NCBI GenBank assembly: GCA_002426555.1
Contig: DIQU01000001.1
Span: 7,249-49,674, forward strand
Length of the DNA: 42,426 nt
Reading direction: 5' to 3'
Source of the DNA: Firmicutes bacterium UBA5454
GTDB lineage: Bacteria; Bacillota; Clostridia; Caldicoprobacterales; DTU083
In this document: positions 9,226 to 18,715 of the stretch, piece by piece
How the letters are laid out: every line of letters starts with the position of its first letter
How positions within the stretch are numbered: position 1 is the stretch's first letter
Position numbers and translations under genes: made by a program
Notes under the pieces: generated by a model
What the model was told of the DNA's origin: nothing
Databases searched by the model: none
The model's input: only the letters and a program-made list of their open reading frames with translations

Positions 9226-10061
9226 GCGGTTGATTCTCTATTTTTCTGCATGGTCTCCTCATAATTTTTATCCGAATATTTTTTAGTATCAGCTTTTTTC
9301 AGTAAGGTCCTCAGATCATCCATAGCTGCATGCGCAGCTGATCTGCCTGCTTCTATGATAATATCGATATTTTCCAATGACAAGGGATTGGCTAATTCCA
9401 CATCAGGATGTATTATGATGTCCCCGGAAGGTATGGTGTGCTTGCTTATTTCCAAGCCCATAACATCCATAGTCTGTATTATGGTTTCAATAAAATTTTC
9501 AGGAGCTCTGTGCAAACCGCGAAAGGATACATCAACACCGATTACTATTTCAGCTCCCATTTCCCTCACAACATTTACGGGAACCCGTTCCAAAATACCT
9601 CCATCTATCAGCACCCTGTCACCATCTAGTACCGGCTGAAATACTCCCGGGATGGAGATGCTGGCTCGGACGCCTTCATACACCTTTCCTTCTTGTATAA
9701 TAACTCTTTCGCAGGTAATAAGATCAACGGCGGTAACAGCTAAAGGAATATCCAAGTCCTTGAACTCCTGATCTTTTGTTAACAGTTTAATCAATTCAAC
9801 AACTCGTTTGCCTCGTATAAAACCTCTCCTGGAAAAGCCTACATCGTATAAGCTTGAATTCAGGTTTTCTGATATTCCTTCCATCATTTTAGGAGTCACT
9901 CCTGCTGCATAAATCGCACCAATAATGGCACCGATACTGCTCCCTGCTATGTAATCAGGTTTAATCCCATTTTCTTCTAAAACCTGTAACACCCCAATAT
10001 GCGCAAAACCCCTGGAAGCTCCTGACCCCAGTGCCAGCCCGAATTTTGGTTTTTCTTTCAT
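9222..10061 (-). CDS. patatin-like phospholipase family protein (YlbK-like)
   Basis: GLALGSGASRGFAHIGV oxyanion motif, GSSIGA nucleophile elbow (GxSxG), and a later DGG catalytic Asp motif. AAAGGAG RBS. Confidence 0.9.
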   Translation of the reverse strand: MKEKPKFGLALGSGASRGFAHIGVLQVLEENGIKPDYIAGSSIGAIIGAIYAAGVTPKMMEGISENLNSSLYDVGFSRRGFIRGKRVVELIKLLTKDQEFKDLDIPLAVTAVDLITCERVIIQEGKVYEGVRASISIPGVFQPVLDGDRVLIDGGILERVPVNVVREMGAEIVIGVDVSFRGLHRAPENFIETIIQTMDVMGLEISKHTIPSGDIIIHPDVELANPLSLENIDIIIEAGRSAAHAAMDDLRTLLKKADTKKYSDKNYEETMQKNRESTA

Positions 10062-10145
10062 AGAATCACTCCTTTCTTAATACATATATTATTGTCTATT
10101 ATCGGTAAATAAAACATTTTAAAAATTAGGGGTTGCAATTTTACT

Positions 10146-11363
10146 ATGAATAAAAAAGAAAACAGTTGGATGGGAATATGCCCTGGATTGATTGCACTTG
10201 CGTTCCTGGCGGCTATCTTTTTCTATCCAGTAGTATCATTTCAAGCTGCCTTGTCCGGTCTGAATATTTTTCTGCAATCAGTATTTCCCGCTCTTCTTCC
10301 CTTCTTCATATGCTCTGAAGTAATGATCGGACTTGGCATGGTTGATCTTCTTTCTGTTTTGTTGAATCCAGTAATGAAGCCGATCTTCCGCTGCCCCGGA
10401 AGCAGTTCCTTCGTTTGGATTATGAGTATTACCTCCGGTTACCCAACAGGTGCTCGCTTAACTTCAGAATTATGTAAACAAAAAAGGATTACTTCACATG
10501 AAGCACAAAGAATTTTAAGTTTTTGTTCAACTTCCGGTCCTCTTTTTATGGTAAGCGCGGTAGGTATTGGCATGCTGGGTTCTGCAGAAGCGGGCAGAAT
10601 AATCTTAATCAGTCATTATTTAGCAGCTTTATTGACGGGCTTTGCTTTTCGATTTTACAAAAGCAGAGATTATCTGCCTTCCAGATCGCTGGAAGCCTAC
10701 AAGCATAAACCTGATGTCAGGTCACATCAAATCAAGTCAAAAAACAGCAAAATAAGAGTTAACAACATACATGAAGCCCGAAATGCATTATTAACTGCAC
10801 GTAAAAATGATGGCAGACACATCGGTCAGTTAATGGGAGATGCTGTACGCAATTCTGTAAATACTCTGCTTGTGGTTGGTGGCTTTATAATATTTTTTTC
10901 AGTTATTATTGCCATTATCATGTTATGGTTTGATCACCCTCAATTTAAGCTGCTTGCAGGAGGGTTGTTTGAAGTAACCACTGGAAGCAAATTAATAAGT
11001 AAATCTGCCTTGTCCATACAGGCTAAAATTGCTGTAATCTCCTTTATGATCGGCTGGAGCGGTCTGTCCATACATGCACAGTCAGCAAGTCTTCTGTCTG
11101 GTACAGGAGTGAGGATGGATATTTTCATGCTTGGAAAACTCCTTCATGGGCTGCTGTCAGCAGCATTATCCATACCTATTGGTCGCTTTATATACCCTGA
11201 GGTTCAAAACGTATCCGTTCCGCCGCCTGTAATGATAATCCCTGAGTGGAAAGAGGTTCTATTGAGTTCTTTCCGCTTGATGCTTCTTGCATTCCTGCTT
11301 CTTGCCTTATTCGCATTAACTGTACGCATTACCCTGTGGGTAAGGAAAAAGGCAGCTTTTTGA
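10146..11363 (+). CDS. ylbJ: sporulation integral membrane protein YlbJ (nucleoside-recognition/Gate domain)
   Basis: Polytopic membrane protein of about 405 aa, divergent from the patatin gene as in the B. subtilis ylbJ/ylbK arrangement. The RBS is weak, so the start is not certain. Confidence 0.75.
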   Translation: MNKKENSWMGICPGLIALAFLAAIFFYPVVSFQAALSGLNIFLQSVFPALLPFFICSEVMIGLGMVDLLSVLLNPVMKPIFRCPGSSSFVWIMSITSGYPTGARLTSELCKQKRITSHEAQRILSFCSTSGPLFMVSAVGIGMLGSAEAGRIILISHYLAALLTGFAFRFYKSRDYLPSRSLEAYKHKPDVRSHQIKSKNSKIRVNNIHEARNALLTARKNDGRHIGQLMGDAVRNSVNTLLVVGGFIIFFSVIIAIIMLWFDHPQFKLLAGGLFEVTTGSKLISKSALSIQAKIAVISFMIGWSGLSIHAQSASLLSGTGVRMDIFMLGKLLHGLLSAALSIPIGRFIYPEVQNVSVPPPVMIIPEWKEVLLSSFRLMLLAFLLLALFALTVRITLWVRKKAAF

Positions 11364-11367
11364 CTGC

Positions 11368-11817
11368 CTATCGTTTTTTAGCATTTAGTTCCTGTCGATT
11401 GCTGTGTAAAGTTTCCAATTGTCCGGCTAGATACAATTCCACATCTTCTAAAAAAGCATCTGCATATTCCTTAGCGCCCAGGCGTATTTCCTTTGCATTG
11501 TTTTGAGCAGTTTCTACGATTTCTCTGGACTGTTGATAAGCATTCTGGGTGATCTCATTTTCATCAACAAGGGCTCGAATCCGCTGCTCAGCTTCTGCAG
11601 TGAGAACCTCTGCTTCTTTCTGTGCTTCAACAAGTATGCGCTGCTGTTCTTTCTTCAGCCATTCGGCCTGCTTGATTTCTTCGGGAAGACTGAGTCGAAT
11701 GTCCTTTATGATTTCAAGACATCTTTCCCGATCTACCAATGCCTTGGTTATAAATGGAATACTGACACCCTTTTCCAGTTCATCCTCCAGGATATCTATA
11801 AGACTGATTATATTCAT
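11368..11817 (-). CDS. hypothetical coiled-coil protein (charged, Glu/Gln/Ala-rich; function unknown)
   Basis: 149-aa ORF with a GGAGGGG RBS 7 nt before the ATG. It follows the coaD stop by 18 nt, so it is probably co-transcribed. The heptad-like charged sequence resembles ATPase b/H-subunit-like coiled coils, but I cannot assign a family. Confidence 0.65.
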   Translation of the reverse strand: MNIISLIDILEDELEKGVSIPFITKALVDRERCLEIIKDIRLSLPEEIKQAEWLKKEQQRILVEAQKEAEVLTAEAEQRIRALVDENEITQNAYQQSREIVETAQNNAKEIRLGAKEYADAFLEDVELYLAGQLETLHSNRQELNAKKR

Positions 11818-11835
11818 ACACCTACCCCTCCTACA

Positions 11836-12315
11836 TTACTTTTTAAATTTACTTAAAATACCCAAAATTACAGCTTCAGGTACCAAATCTCGAATGGAGC
11901 CCCCCAAACCGGCAATTTCCTTAACCATACTGGAACTTAAATAGGAATATTTATGGTCGGTCATCAGGAACATTGTTTCCACTTTTGGCTGAAGTTTGCG
12001 ATTGAGCAGTGCCATTTGAAACTCATATTCAAAATCCGACATGGCTCGTAAGCCCTTAACAATTACCTGCGCCTTTTTAGCAGTCACAAAGTTAACCAGG
12101 AGACCGTCAAAATGATCAACTTCAACATTGGAAAGATCAGTAATAGATCGTCTTATGAAATTCATGCGTTCTTCTACAGAAAACAGCGGTTCTTTGCTGC
12201 GATTTTTGACAACAGCGACGATGACCTTGTCAAATACTTTGGAAGATCTTTGGATTATATCCAGATGACCATATGTGATAGGGTCGAAGCTGCCTGGATA
12301 AACTGCGATTCTCAT
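11836..12315 (-). CDS. coaD: phosphopantetheine adenylyltransferase
   Basis: [21 protein letters not shown] motif, 159 aa. The ATG at 12315 lies 5 nt after the rsmD stop; the track start at 12324 is an upstream TTG. Confidence 0.95.
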   Translation of the reverse strand: MRIAVYPGSFDPITYGHLDIIQRSSKVFDKVIVAVVKNRSKEPLFSVEERMNFIRRSITDLSNVEVDHFDGLLVNFVTAKKAQVIVKGLRAMSDFEYEFQMALLNRKLQPKVETMFLMTDHKYSYLSSSMVKEIAGLGGSIRDLVPEAVILGILSKFKK

Positions 12316-12320
12316 ATTGA

Positions 12321-12878
12321 TCAAGGTTCCTTTCTATAGAAGCTGATAGCAGTATTTCGATATTTACGCAAATCATAACGGATAAAACTGCCTATGTTCT
12401 GGGGCAGCTGACTTTGAAACAGATGTTCTGCTGCGATAATACCATTTTCTTTTAGCAGGTCTGCTTCATCGAGAGCTGTAATGACAGGCACCTCCATAGC
12501 TTTATCGTAAGGAGGATCCATAAACACAATGTCAAAAGTTTTTGCTTGTTTGGAAAGCAGCTTGACAGCTTGTTTAACGTCGTATGGCAGAACCTGAGCA
12601 CTTTCCCAGTACTCGAGAGATTTCAAGTTGTATCGCAATATATGGAGAGCGGAAGAATTCTTTTCGACGAAAACCACCTCTGCTGCACCACGGCTGAGGG
12701 ACTCCAAACCAAGGTTACCGGTACCTGAAAATAGATCCAATATGGAACTGCCGGGAAGTTTGAACATTAGAGTATTAAATAAGGATTCCTTAACCCGGTC
12801 GCTTGTCGGCCTGGTATTTGTCCCTTCAATAGTTTTAATTACCCTTCCCTTACGTTCCCCTGAGATGATTCTCAACAT
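12321..12878 (-). CDS. rsmD: 16S rRNA (guanine966-N2)-methyltransferase RsmD
   Basis: [12 protein letters not shown] start, [16 protein letters not shown] motif, and DPPY motif. Paired with coaD as in B. subtilis ylbH-ylbI. The ATG at 12878 is preferred because the predicted promoter at 12926-12954 would put the transcript start next to the track ATG at 12917. Confidence 0.88.
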   Translation of the reverse strand: MLRIISGERKGRVIKTIEGTNTRPTSDRVKESLFNTLMFKLPGSSILDLFSGTGNLGLESLSRGAAEVVFVEKNSSALHILRYNLKSLEYWESAQVLPYDVKQAVKLLSKQAKTFDIVFMDPPYDKAMEVPVITALDEADLLKENGIIAAEHLFQSQLPQNIGSFIRYDLRKYRNTAISFYRKEP

Positions 12879-12925
12879 GGTTTGCCAATTCCCTCCAAAT
12901 ATTGACGAATTTCTCATTGCTTTTT

Positions 12926-12954
12926 ATTTTATCATAATTCCATAAAGCGGACAA
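12926..12954 (-). promoter_or_regulatory. candidate sigma-A promoter for rsmD-coaD
   Basis: The minus strand reads TTGTCC (12954-12949), a 17-nt spacer, then TAAAAT (12931-12926), in the recG-rsmD spacer. Confidence 0.4.
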
Positions 12955-12971
12955 GAAGTAAAGCTGTAGAT

Positions 12972-15050
12972 TCACGATACATCGTATTGTTTACCCAGAG
13001 CATTCATAATAAATGAATGATATGGTTCCTTATTTGGATCATTTAAAATCTCTCTGGCTGCTTCACCGGTCATTTCATACAACTCATAATCCCGCAAAGG
13101 ATTGGCAAGTTGAAAGACAGGCATTCCATGCTGGCGCAGGCCGAACAATTCCCCCGGACCTCGAAGTTCCAGATCTTTTTCAGCAATTTCAAATCCATTA
13201 TTCGACTTCACTAATACTTCCATTCGCTGCAATGTCTTTTCATCTTTTATGTCTGAAACCAAAATGCAATAAGAAGCTTTATCTCCTCTCCCTACTCTGC
13301 CTCGCAATTGGTGAAGCTGGGACAGACCAAAGCGTTCCGCATTCTCAATTATCATAATAACTGCATTTGGCACATCTATGCCTACTTCAATGACTGTGGT
13401 AGATACCAATACCTGAAGTTCCCCCCTGGCAAAGCTATTTATGACTGCTTCCTTTTCTGCCGGCTTTTGCCTTCCATGAAGCAAACCCATTGGAATTTCT
13501 CTCAGAAGACCTTTGGATAATTCTAAAAATACTTCCTCGGCTGAACGTAATTCCATTACTTCAGATTCCTCCACCAAAGGACAAACAACGTAAGTTTGGC
13601 TGCCTTCCAGCGCATGTTTTTTAACAAATCGATAGATGCGTTCTCTGTAGCTGCTGTTCACATGATATGTTTTAATTGGAATTCTCCCAGGTGGCAGCGT
13701 ATCTATTGTTGACAAGTCCAAATCCCCATGAATAATATGAGCCAGGGTTCTGGGAATGGGAGTTGCAGACATAACCAACATATGGGGAAGCTCCCCTTTG
13801 TTTTGAAGCAAAGTCCGTTGCCTCACGCCAAAACGATGCTGTTCATCTGTAATGACCAAACCCAGTTTGTGGAACTCTACATCCTCCTGTATCAAGGCAT
13901 GAGTACCCAACACAATTTGAATGCTGCCTTTTCGAAGCCTGTCTTTCAGTTCTTCTTTTTCAGATGACCTCATAGCTCCGGTTAACAGCCCCAGCCTAAT
14001 GTCGTTCTGGCTGCAGTTATCGTCAGCTAAGATTTTGGAAAGGGATTCAAAATGCTGTCTGGCTAAAATTTCGGTGGGAGCCATCATGGCACCCTGGTAA
14101 CCGGATTTTGCGGCACAATACAGGGCAGCTGCAGCAATCACAGTTTTCCCTGACCCAACATCTCCCTGAACAAGTCGATTCATAATGCTGCCACTGGCCA
14201 TATCCAGCAAAACCTCGTTAAGAACTTTTTTCTGCGCAAAAGTCAGTTTGAATGGTAAACGGCAAAGAAAGGCATCTTTACTATCTTGAGAACCGGAAAT
14301 GTGCATACTGCTTTTTCTGCCCTGTATATTGTTTCTTATATATTGTATGACGATTTGATGCTGCAGAAGCTCTTCAAAGATCAATCGCTTTTGAGCTGAT
14401 ACAAGGCTTTCTTTTGATTCAGGGTAATGTATGTTTTTCCATGCTTCATACTTATTGACTAAGCCATACCGGGAAGTAATGTGTCTGTCTATATTATCTA
14501 TATAATGGTCCGCTGCTGATTTATTTCCTATTTCAGATGACAGCTTACTCAGAGCTTCTTTTGTCAAATGCCTTACAATTAGCTGATTTAAACCTTTGGT
14601 TAAAGGATAGACCGGTAAAATCCGTGGTTTGCTGTGTATGGTATCGTCATATACTTCAACTTTTGGATTTTGAACCTGGTACCCGGACAGCTTTTTTACT
14701 GCATTTCCCATGATGTAGTATTTCTTTCTCGACTCATATTGCCTGGCTCTGTATGGCTGATTATACCAGATACACTCTACTGTTCCTGTTTGATCTCTGC
14801 CAATCCGCCGGGTAGTGCTGAATCCTCTTTTTATCCAGCTCACACGAGACGAATCTTCCCATTCCAGACATAGAAAAACCATTCCTTCCTTTATAGAAGA
14901 AATCAAGCAGGGCACACCCAGGTGCTCATAATCTCTGGGGTAATTTACTAGAGTATCTTCTATGGTTTTTATACCCAGCGTTGCAAAAAAAGCTGCTTTC
15001 TTCGGACCGATACCCTTTATGTTTTGTATGTCTTCTTCCAGTACCTTCAT
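12972..15050 (-). CDS. recG: ATP-dependent DNA helicase RecG
   Basis: 692 aa. N-terminal wedge/OB region, Walker A GDVGSGKT, DEQHRFGV box, and QLRGRVGRG motif VI. Confidence 0.95.
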   Translation of the reverse strand: MKVLEEDIQNIKGIGPKKAAFFATLGIKTIEDTLVNYPRDYEHLGVPCLISSIKEGMVFLCLEWEDSSRVSWIKRGFSTTRRIGRDQTGTVECIWYNQPYRARQYESRKKYYIMGNAVKKLSGYQVQNPKVEVYDDTIHSKPRILPVYPLTKGLNQLIVRHLTKEALSKLSSEIGNKSAADHYIDNIDRHITSRYGLVNKYEAWKNIHYPESKESLVSAQKRLIFEELLQHQIVIQYIRNNIQGRKSSMHISGSQDSKDAFLCRLPFKLTFAQKKVLNEVLLDMASGSIMNRLVQGDVGSGKTVIAAAALYCAAKSGYQGAMMAPTEILARQHFESLSKILADDNCSQNDIRLGLLTGAMRSSEKEELKDRLRKGSIQIVLGTHALIQEDVEFHKLGLVITDEQHRFGVRQRTLLQNKGELPHMLVMSATPIPRTLAHIIHGDLDLSTIDTLPPGRIPIKTYHVNSSYRERIYRFVKKHALEGSQTYVVCPLVEESEVMELRSAEEVFLELSKGLLREIPMGLLHGRQKPAEKEAVINSFARGELQVLVSTTVIEVGIDVPNAVIMIIENAERFGLSQLHQLRGRVGRGDKASYCILVSDIKDEKTLQRMEVLVKSNNGFEIAEKDLELRGPGELFGLRQHGMPVFQLANPLRDYELYEMTGEAAREILNDPNKEPYHSFIMNALGKQYDVS

Positions 15051-15081
15051 AATCTCCTCAGCTGTACTTGATTATAGTTCT

Positions 15082-15110
15082 ATAAAGAAGAACCGGTATC
15101 TTTCCGGTTC
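15082..15110 (-). terminator. weak terminator-like hairpin after the DAK2-domain gene
   Basis: GAACCGG (15090-15096) pairs with CCGGTTC (15104-15110) around a 7-nt loop. On the minus strand it is followed by TTCTTTAT. The stem is short, so termination is probably only partial. Confidence 0.3.
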
Positions 15111-15195
15111 CATCTTTACTGCCTATATGGCTCCTGACTTCTGAATTCTGACTACTTTAGTTGCGGCTGACTATGTTGCAGAAACCCGCTTGTTG

Positions 15196-16866
15196 TCACT
15201 CTACAGCAAGAATATAGTAGTACAAAGGCTGACCGCCTGACAGCAGTTCCACGTCTACATCTGGATAGTTCTCGCTTATATGGCTGTGAATTGCTTCAGT
15301 ATCTTCTTCTTTTGCATCGCTGCCATATAGTATAGTGACGATTTCACCGCCATCTTTCAACATCATGTCCAACAGTTGCCTGGTTACCTTTGCAATCTTT
15401 TTGCCGACTACTTCAATCTCTCCGTCTGCAATACCCATGATATCACCTTGTTTGATTTTGAGACCATTTACCTGGGAATCTCGAACAGCATAGGTAATTT
15501 GAGCAGACTTTACATGATCAATAGCTCTTAACATGGATTTTATATTATCGTCTGCACTAATTTCAGCATTAAAGGCAATCAACGCAGCCAGACCTTGAGG
15601 AATGGTTTTGGTTGGGATTACATGGATTTTTTTATCGCTTATTTCTGCAGCCTGTCTTGCGGACAGGACTATATTACTGTTATTGGGAAGGACAAAGATT
15701 TCTTTCGCTTTTACCCTATCAACAGCATTGAGAATATCCTCAATACTTGGATTCATGGTTTGACCGCCTGCGATGATGTAGTCGGCATTTAAATCCTTGA
15801 ATATATTGGCAATGCCTTCACCCATGGATACCGAAACCAGGCCGAAATCTTTCTGAGCTTCATCTTCAGCAGTGCTGCCAAACTCAAAATCATTTAGATG
15901 CTGGTGCTGCTCCTTCATGTTATCGATTTTTATATTGGAAAGCTCACCAAAACGCATGGCCAATTGCAGGGCTTTACCCGGCATGTTGGTGTGAAAGTGT
16001 ACCTTGATCAGTTCGTCATCACCTACAACTACGATGGAATCACCCAGGCGTTCCAGCTTAAGCTTCAGCTTATCGGTGTCCTCTTCGCGAACATAAGGAA
16101 ATAAATTCTTAATTACAAACTCTGTGCAATAGACAAATTCTATGAACTCCTCAGACATACCGGATGGTCCGGAAACAAAACCTGATTCAGGTATATGACC
16201 CTTGCTCATAGCCAGATCCAACTGCTCCAGCGGTGCTTCCAAGTCATATTCATAATCCAGAGCCTGAGCCTGACCCATCATTATATAGACCAGACCCATA
16301 CCGCCTGAATCTACTACTCCTGCTTCTTCCAACACTGGAAGCATTTTTGGAGTTTTTTCCAGAGTTTCCTTGGCTGTATCGATAAGACTGTCATAGAACA
16401 TTTCAAAATTACTGATGTGTGCTGATAACTTAACAGCCTCTTCAGCAGTTACACGGGCTACGGTAAGTATGGTGCCCTCAACAGGCTTCATAACCGCCTT
16501 ATAAGCAGTTGCCGAACCTGCCTGCAAGGCTTCTGCAAATTTAGCTGTAGTAATTTTTTCTTCATTTTTTAAAATTCGAGCGAAACCTCGAATCAACTGG
16601 GAAAGTATGACACCTGAATTGCCTCTGGCACCTTTCAGTGATCCTTTGGTTATGGCTTCTGCTATTTGATTGATTTCATTGGAATCCAATGCTTTAAGTT
16701 CCCGTGCAGCAGATATCATGGTAAGAGACATATTGGTACCTGTGTCTCCATCCGGGACTGGAAAAACATTAAGATCATTAACTATTTCTTTATTGATCTC
16801 CAAGAATTGGGCTGCCGAAAGGAACATTAGCTTCAGCTTTGCACCATCTAAATACTCCTGGTTCAA
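15196..16866 (-). CDS. DAK2 domain-containing protein (YloV/FakA-like fatty acid kinase subunit)
   Basis: N-terminal Dak2 motif VFPVPDGDTGTNM, 556 aa, and the conserved pairing with an upstream Asp23-family gene (yloU-yloV). TTG start 8 nt after AAGGAGG. Confidence 0.9.
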   Translation of the reverse strand: MNQEYLDGAKLKLMFLSAAQFLEINKEIVNDLNVFPVPDGDTGTNMSLTMISAARELKALDSNEINQIAEAITKGSLKGARGNSGVILSQLIRGFARILKNEEKITTAKFAEALQAGSATAYKAVMKPVEGTILTVARVTAEEAVKLSAHISNFEMFYDSLIDTAKETLEKTPKMLPVLEEAGVVDSGGMGLVYIMMGQAQALDYEYDLEAPLEQLDLAMSKGHIPESGFVSGPSGMSEEFIEFVYCTEFVIKNLFPYVREEDTDKLKLKLERLGDSIVVVGDDELIKVHFHTNMPGKALQLAMRFGELSNIKIDNMKEQHQHLNDFEFGSTAEDEAQKDFGLVSVSMGEGIANIFKDLNADYIIAGGQTMNPSIEDILNAVDRVKAKEIFVLPNNSNIVLSARQAAEISDKKIHVIPTKTIPQGLAALIAFNAEISADDNIKSMLRAIDHVKSAQITYAVRDSQVNGLKIKQGDIMGIADGEIEVVGKKIAKVTRQLLDMMLKDGGEIVTILYGSDAKEEDTEAIHSHISENYPDVDVELLSGGQPLYYYILAVE

Positions 16867-16896
16867 TATGAGTACCTCCTTTTAGCTGGGTCAAAG

Positions 16897-17247
16897 CTAT
16901 ACCCTGACTCCTTCGACTTTGATATTTACTTTTGTCACCGTAGTACCGGTGAGTTTTTCTACATTATATTTCACTGTATCGATTACATTCTGAGCAACAG
17001 CTGCCATGGAAATGCCATATTCTACAATAATGTATAGACTAATTACTACTTCATTCCCCTGGCTTATTACTTTTACACCTTTAGCCATATTGTCGCTTCC
17101 GAGCAATTCTACTAAGCCATCGGTTGCTCTTTTTGAAGCCATGCCGACTATTCCGTAGCACCTTACAGCTGCTATTCCAGCCAATGTTGCCAGTACTTCA
17201 TCAGTAATTCGAATTTCACCAATTTTGTTAACTGTAACAGCGCCCAT
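16897..17247 (-). CDS. Asp23/Gls24 family envelope stress protein (YloU-like)
   Basis: 116 aa. The pattern GEIRITDEVLATLAGIAA...GV...V...V.V is typical of Asp23/DUF322. Divergent from rpmB as in B. subtilis. AAGGAGGG RBS. Confidence 0.9.
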   Translation of the reverse strand: MGAVTVNKIGEIRITDEVLATLAGIAAVRCYGIVGMASKRATDGLVELLGSDNMAKGVKVISQGNEVVISLYIIVEYGISMAAVAQNVIDTVKYNVEKLTGTTVTKVNIKVEGVRV

Positions 17248-17294
17248 ATTTCGCCCTCCTTGTCAACCATATGTTATATCTTAAATTTATATTT

Positions 17295-17323
17295 ATTTTA
17301 TCCTATTAATATCAGCATTGCAA
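17295..17323 (-). promoter_or_regulatory. candidate sigma-A promoter for the asp23-like/yloV operon
   Basis: The minus strand reads TTGCAA (17323-17318), a 17-nt spacer, then TAAAAT (17300-17295), about 48 nt upstream of the ATG. Confidence 0.5.
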
Positions 17324-17372
17324 TAAGAAGACAGTATTTCTTTTTACTTGAATGCTGTTTATGATTTTTTTC

Positions 17373-17401
17373 TTGCCAAATGAAATGGAAGGTGTTAAGA
17401 T
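17373..17401 (+). promoter_or_regulatory. candidate sigma-A promoter for rpmB
   Basis: TTGCCA (17373-17378), a 17-nt spacer, then TAAGAT (17396-17401), about 50 nt upstream of the rpmB ATG. Confidence 0.45.
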
Positions 17402-17451
17402 ATAATTCGCTGTAATAGCAGGATGTTGCCCGTTTTAAGGAGGTGTAATTC

Positions 17452-17640
17452 ATGGCAAAGGTATGCAGTATCTGCAACAAAGGGAAATTATTCGGCAATT
17501 CCGTGAGCCACTCTCATAGGAGGGGCAACCGTTCATGGGCGCCTAACCTGAAAAAGGTAAGAGCTGAAGTAAATGGTACCCATGTTACTTTGAACGTCTG
17601 CACCAGTTGCATTCGAGCAGGTAAGGTAAAGTCCATTTAA
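17452..17640 (+). CDS. rpmB: 50S ribosomal protein L28
   Basis: MAKVCSICNKGKLFGNSVSHSHRRGNRSWAPNLKKV is the canonical L28 sequence. AAGGAGGTG RBS. Confidence 0.96.
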   Translation: MAKVCSICNKGKLFGNSVSHSHRRGNRSWAPNLKKVRAEVNGTHVTLNVCTSCIRAGKVKSI

Positions 17641-17670
17641 GTTCTCTTGAAAGTTTAACTGATTAAATCG

Positions 17671-17697
17671 AAAAACGTGCATTTTGCACGTTTTTTA
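17671..17697. terminator. bidirectional rho-independent terminator (rpmB on the plus strand; thiN-end of the long operon on the minus strand)
   Basis: AAAAACGTGCA (17671-17681) and TGCACGTTTTT (17685-17695) form a perfect palindrome with a 3-nt loop. It is flanked by an A-run and a T-run, so it can terminate transcription in both directions. Confidence 0.75.
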
Positions 17698-17776
17698 TCT
17701 GTTTTTTCCTGTTAACTTTTTCATTAGAAAACTTAAAAATCCGGGAAGTTTAATCACTATAATCCTCATACTGGTC

Positions 17777-17995
17777 TTACCTCCAATTACTTAAACTGAG
17801 GATGCCGACTATGATAAGCGCTAAACCCAGCAAAAACAACCATACCCAGGGTGGTGTAATTATCAATAACAAAAGAGTGCCAAAACCAATCAACAAAATT
17901 GACAATGGGTTCGGCTTTCTACCGGGTTTATGGGGTTTATGTGGAGAACTGCATATTTTATGTGCTTTTCTCCGATTCCAGAAGAAAATGTACAT
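17777..17995 (-). CDS. possible small membrane protein (about 72 aa, basic N-terminus plus two hydrophobic segments)
   Basis: An ORF between the thiN stop and the bidirectional terminator. The internal ATG at 17995 follows AAGG by 6 nt. The C-terminal sequence LSILLIGFGTLLLLIITPPWVWLFLLGLALIIVGILSL looks like two transmembrane helices. I recognise no homology, and it could be non-coding. Confidence 0.3.
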   Translation of the reverse strand: MYIFFWNRRKAHKICSSPHKPHKPGRKPNPLSILLIGFGTLLLLIITPPWVWLFLLGLALIIVGILSLSNWR

Positions 17996-18079
17996 ACGAA
18001 ACCTTGCCTTCCAGGCAACCAGCAGTCGCCTATGCTTATATAACATAATATTCAGAAGGCAGGAAAAAGTGAATTATTT

Positions 18080-18715
18080 TTAATCTTCTGTCAGAACGAC
18101 CATCAGCCAACCGGTCTTAACTTTAATCTCCACATATTTTTCCATAAAGATATTGCTTATTCCATAAGGGGCACTCAACGGCATCTCCTGATTACATATG
18201 GGATATTGAAGCCCTTTGACGGATTGTATGACCACATTATCACCTAGTGGAAGAAGCGAGAGAATTTGACCGGGTTCTGCATTTAAGGTGAAACCTTTAT
18301 TTGATACCTTTATTTGATTATGACTGTGTAATATCGTGGCATCAATACCCATTTCAGCCAGTTTCACCAACACCATAACATTTGCATATGAATGATCCCA
18401 ACGCTTGCCCAAAGCACCCAGCAATATTACTTGCTTTGCTCCCAACTCAAGGGATGCATTGGCAGCCAACTCGGTATCAGTTTCATTTTTGATCACTGGA
18501 TGGGTTTTTATAGACACACCTTTTCTCTTATACTGCTCCAGCAAAGCATGATCAACTGAATCAAAATCACCTACTACGAGATCCGGTTCCAGCCCTAAAA
18601 CACAAAGGTGGCGTATTCCCCCATCACAGCAGACAATTTTATCAAAATCAGGCATTATCAGCTTCAGTTTTTCCACATCACCTAAATCACCATTGGAGAT
18701 GATTGCGACCTTCAT
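18080..18715 (-). CDS. thiN: thiamine diphosphokinase
   Basis: 211 aa. CCDGG and VVGDFDS motifs. Located downstream of rpe, like B. subtilis yloS. Confidence 0.88.
   Translation of the reverse strand: MKVAIISNGDLGDVEKLKLIMPDFDKIVCCDGGIRHLCVLGLEPDLVVGDFDSVDHALLEQYKRKGVSIKTHPVIKNETDTELAANASLELGAKQVILLGALGKRWDHSYANVMVLVKLAEMGIDATILHSHNQIKVSNKGFTLNAEPGQILSLLPLGDNVVIQSVKGLQYPICNQEMPLSAPYGISNIFMEKYVEIKVKTGWLMVVLTED

Noticed and set aside
10075-10095. CATATATT upstream of ylbJ, which resembles the sigma-E -10 element (CATACA-T). ylbJ is sigma-E dependent in B. subtilis.
   Set aside because: I could not find a matching -35 element at the right spacing. The AT-rich context makes a chance match likely, so this is not reportable as a feature.
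17298-17498. 66-aa minus-strand ORF spanning the rpmB promoter and start.
   Set aside because: It overlaps the rpmB start codon and RBS on the opposite strand and both predicted divergent promoters. It has no RBS and is AT-rich spacer sequence.
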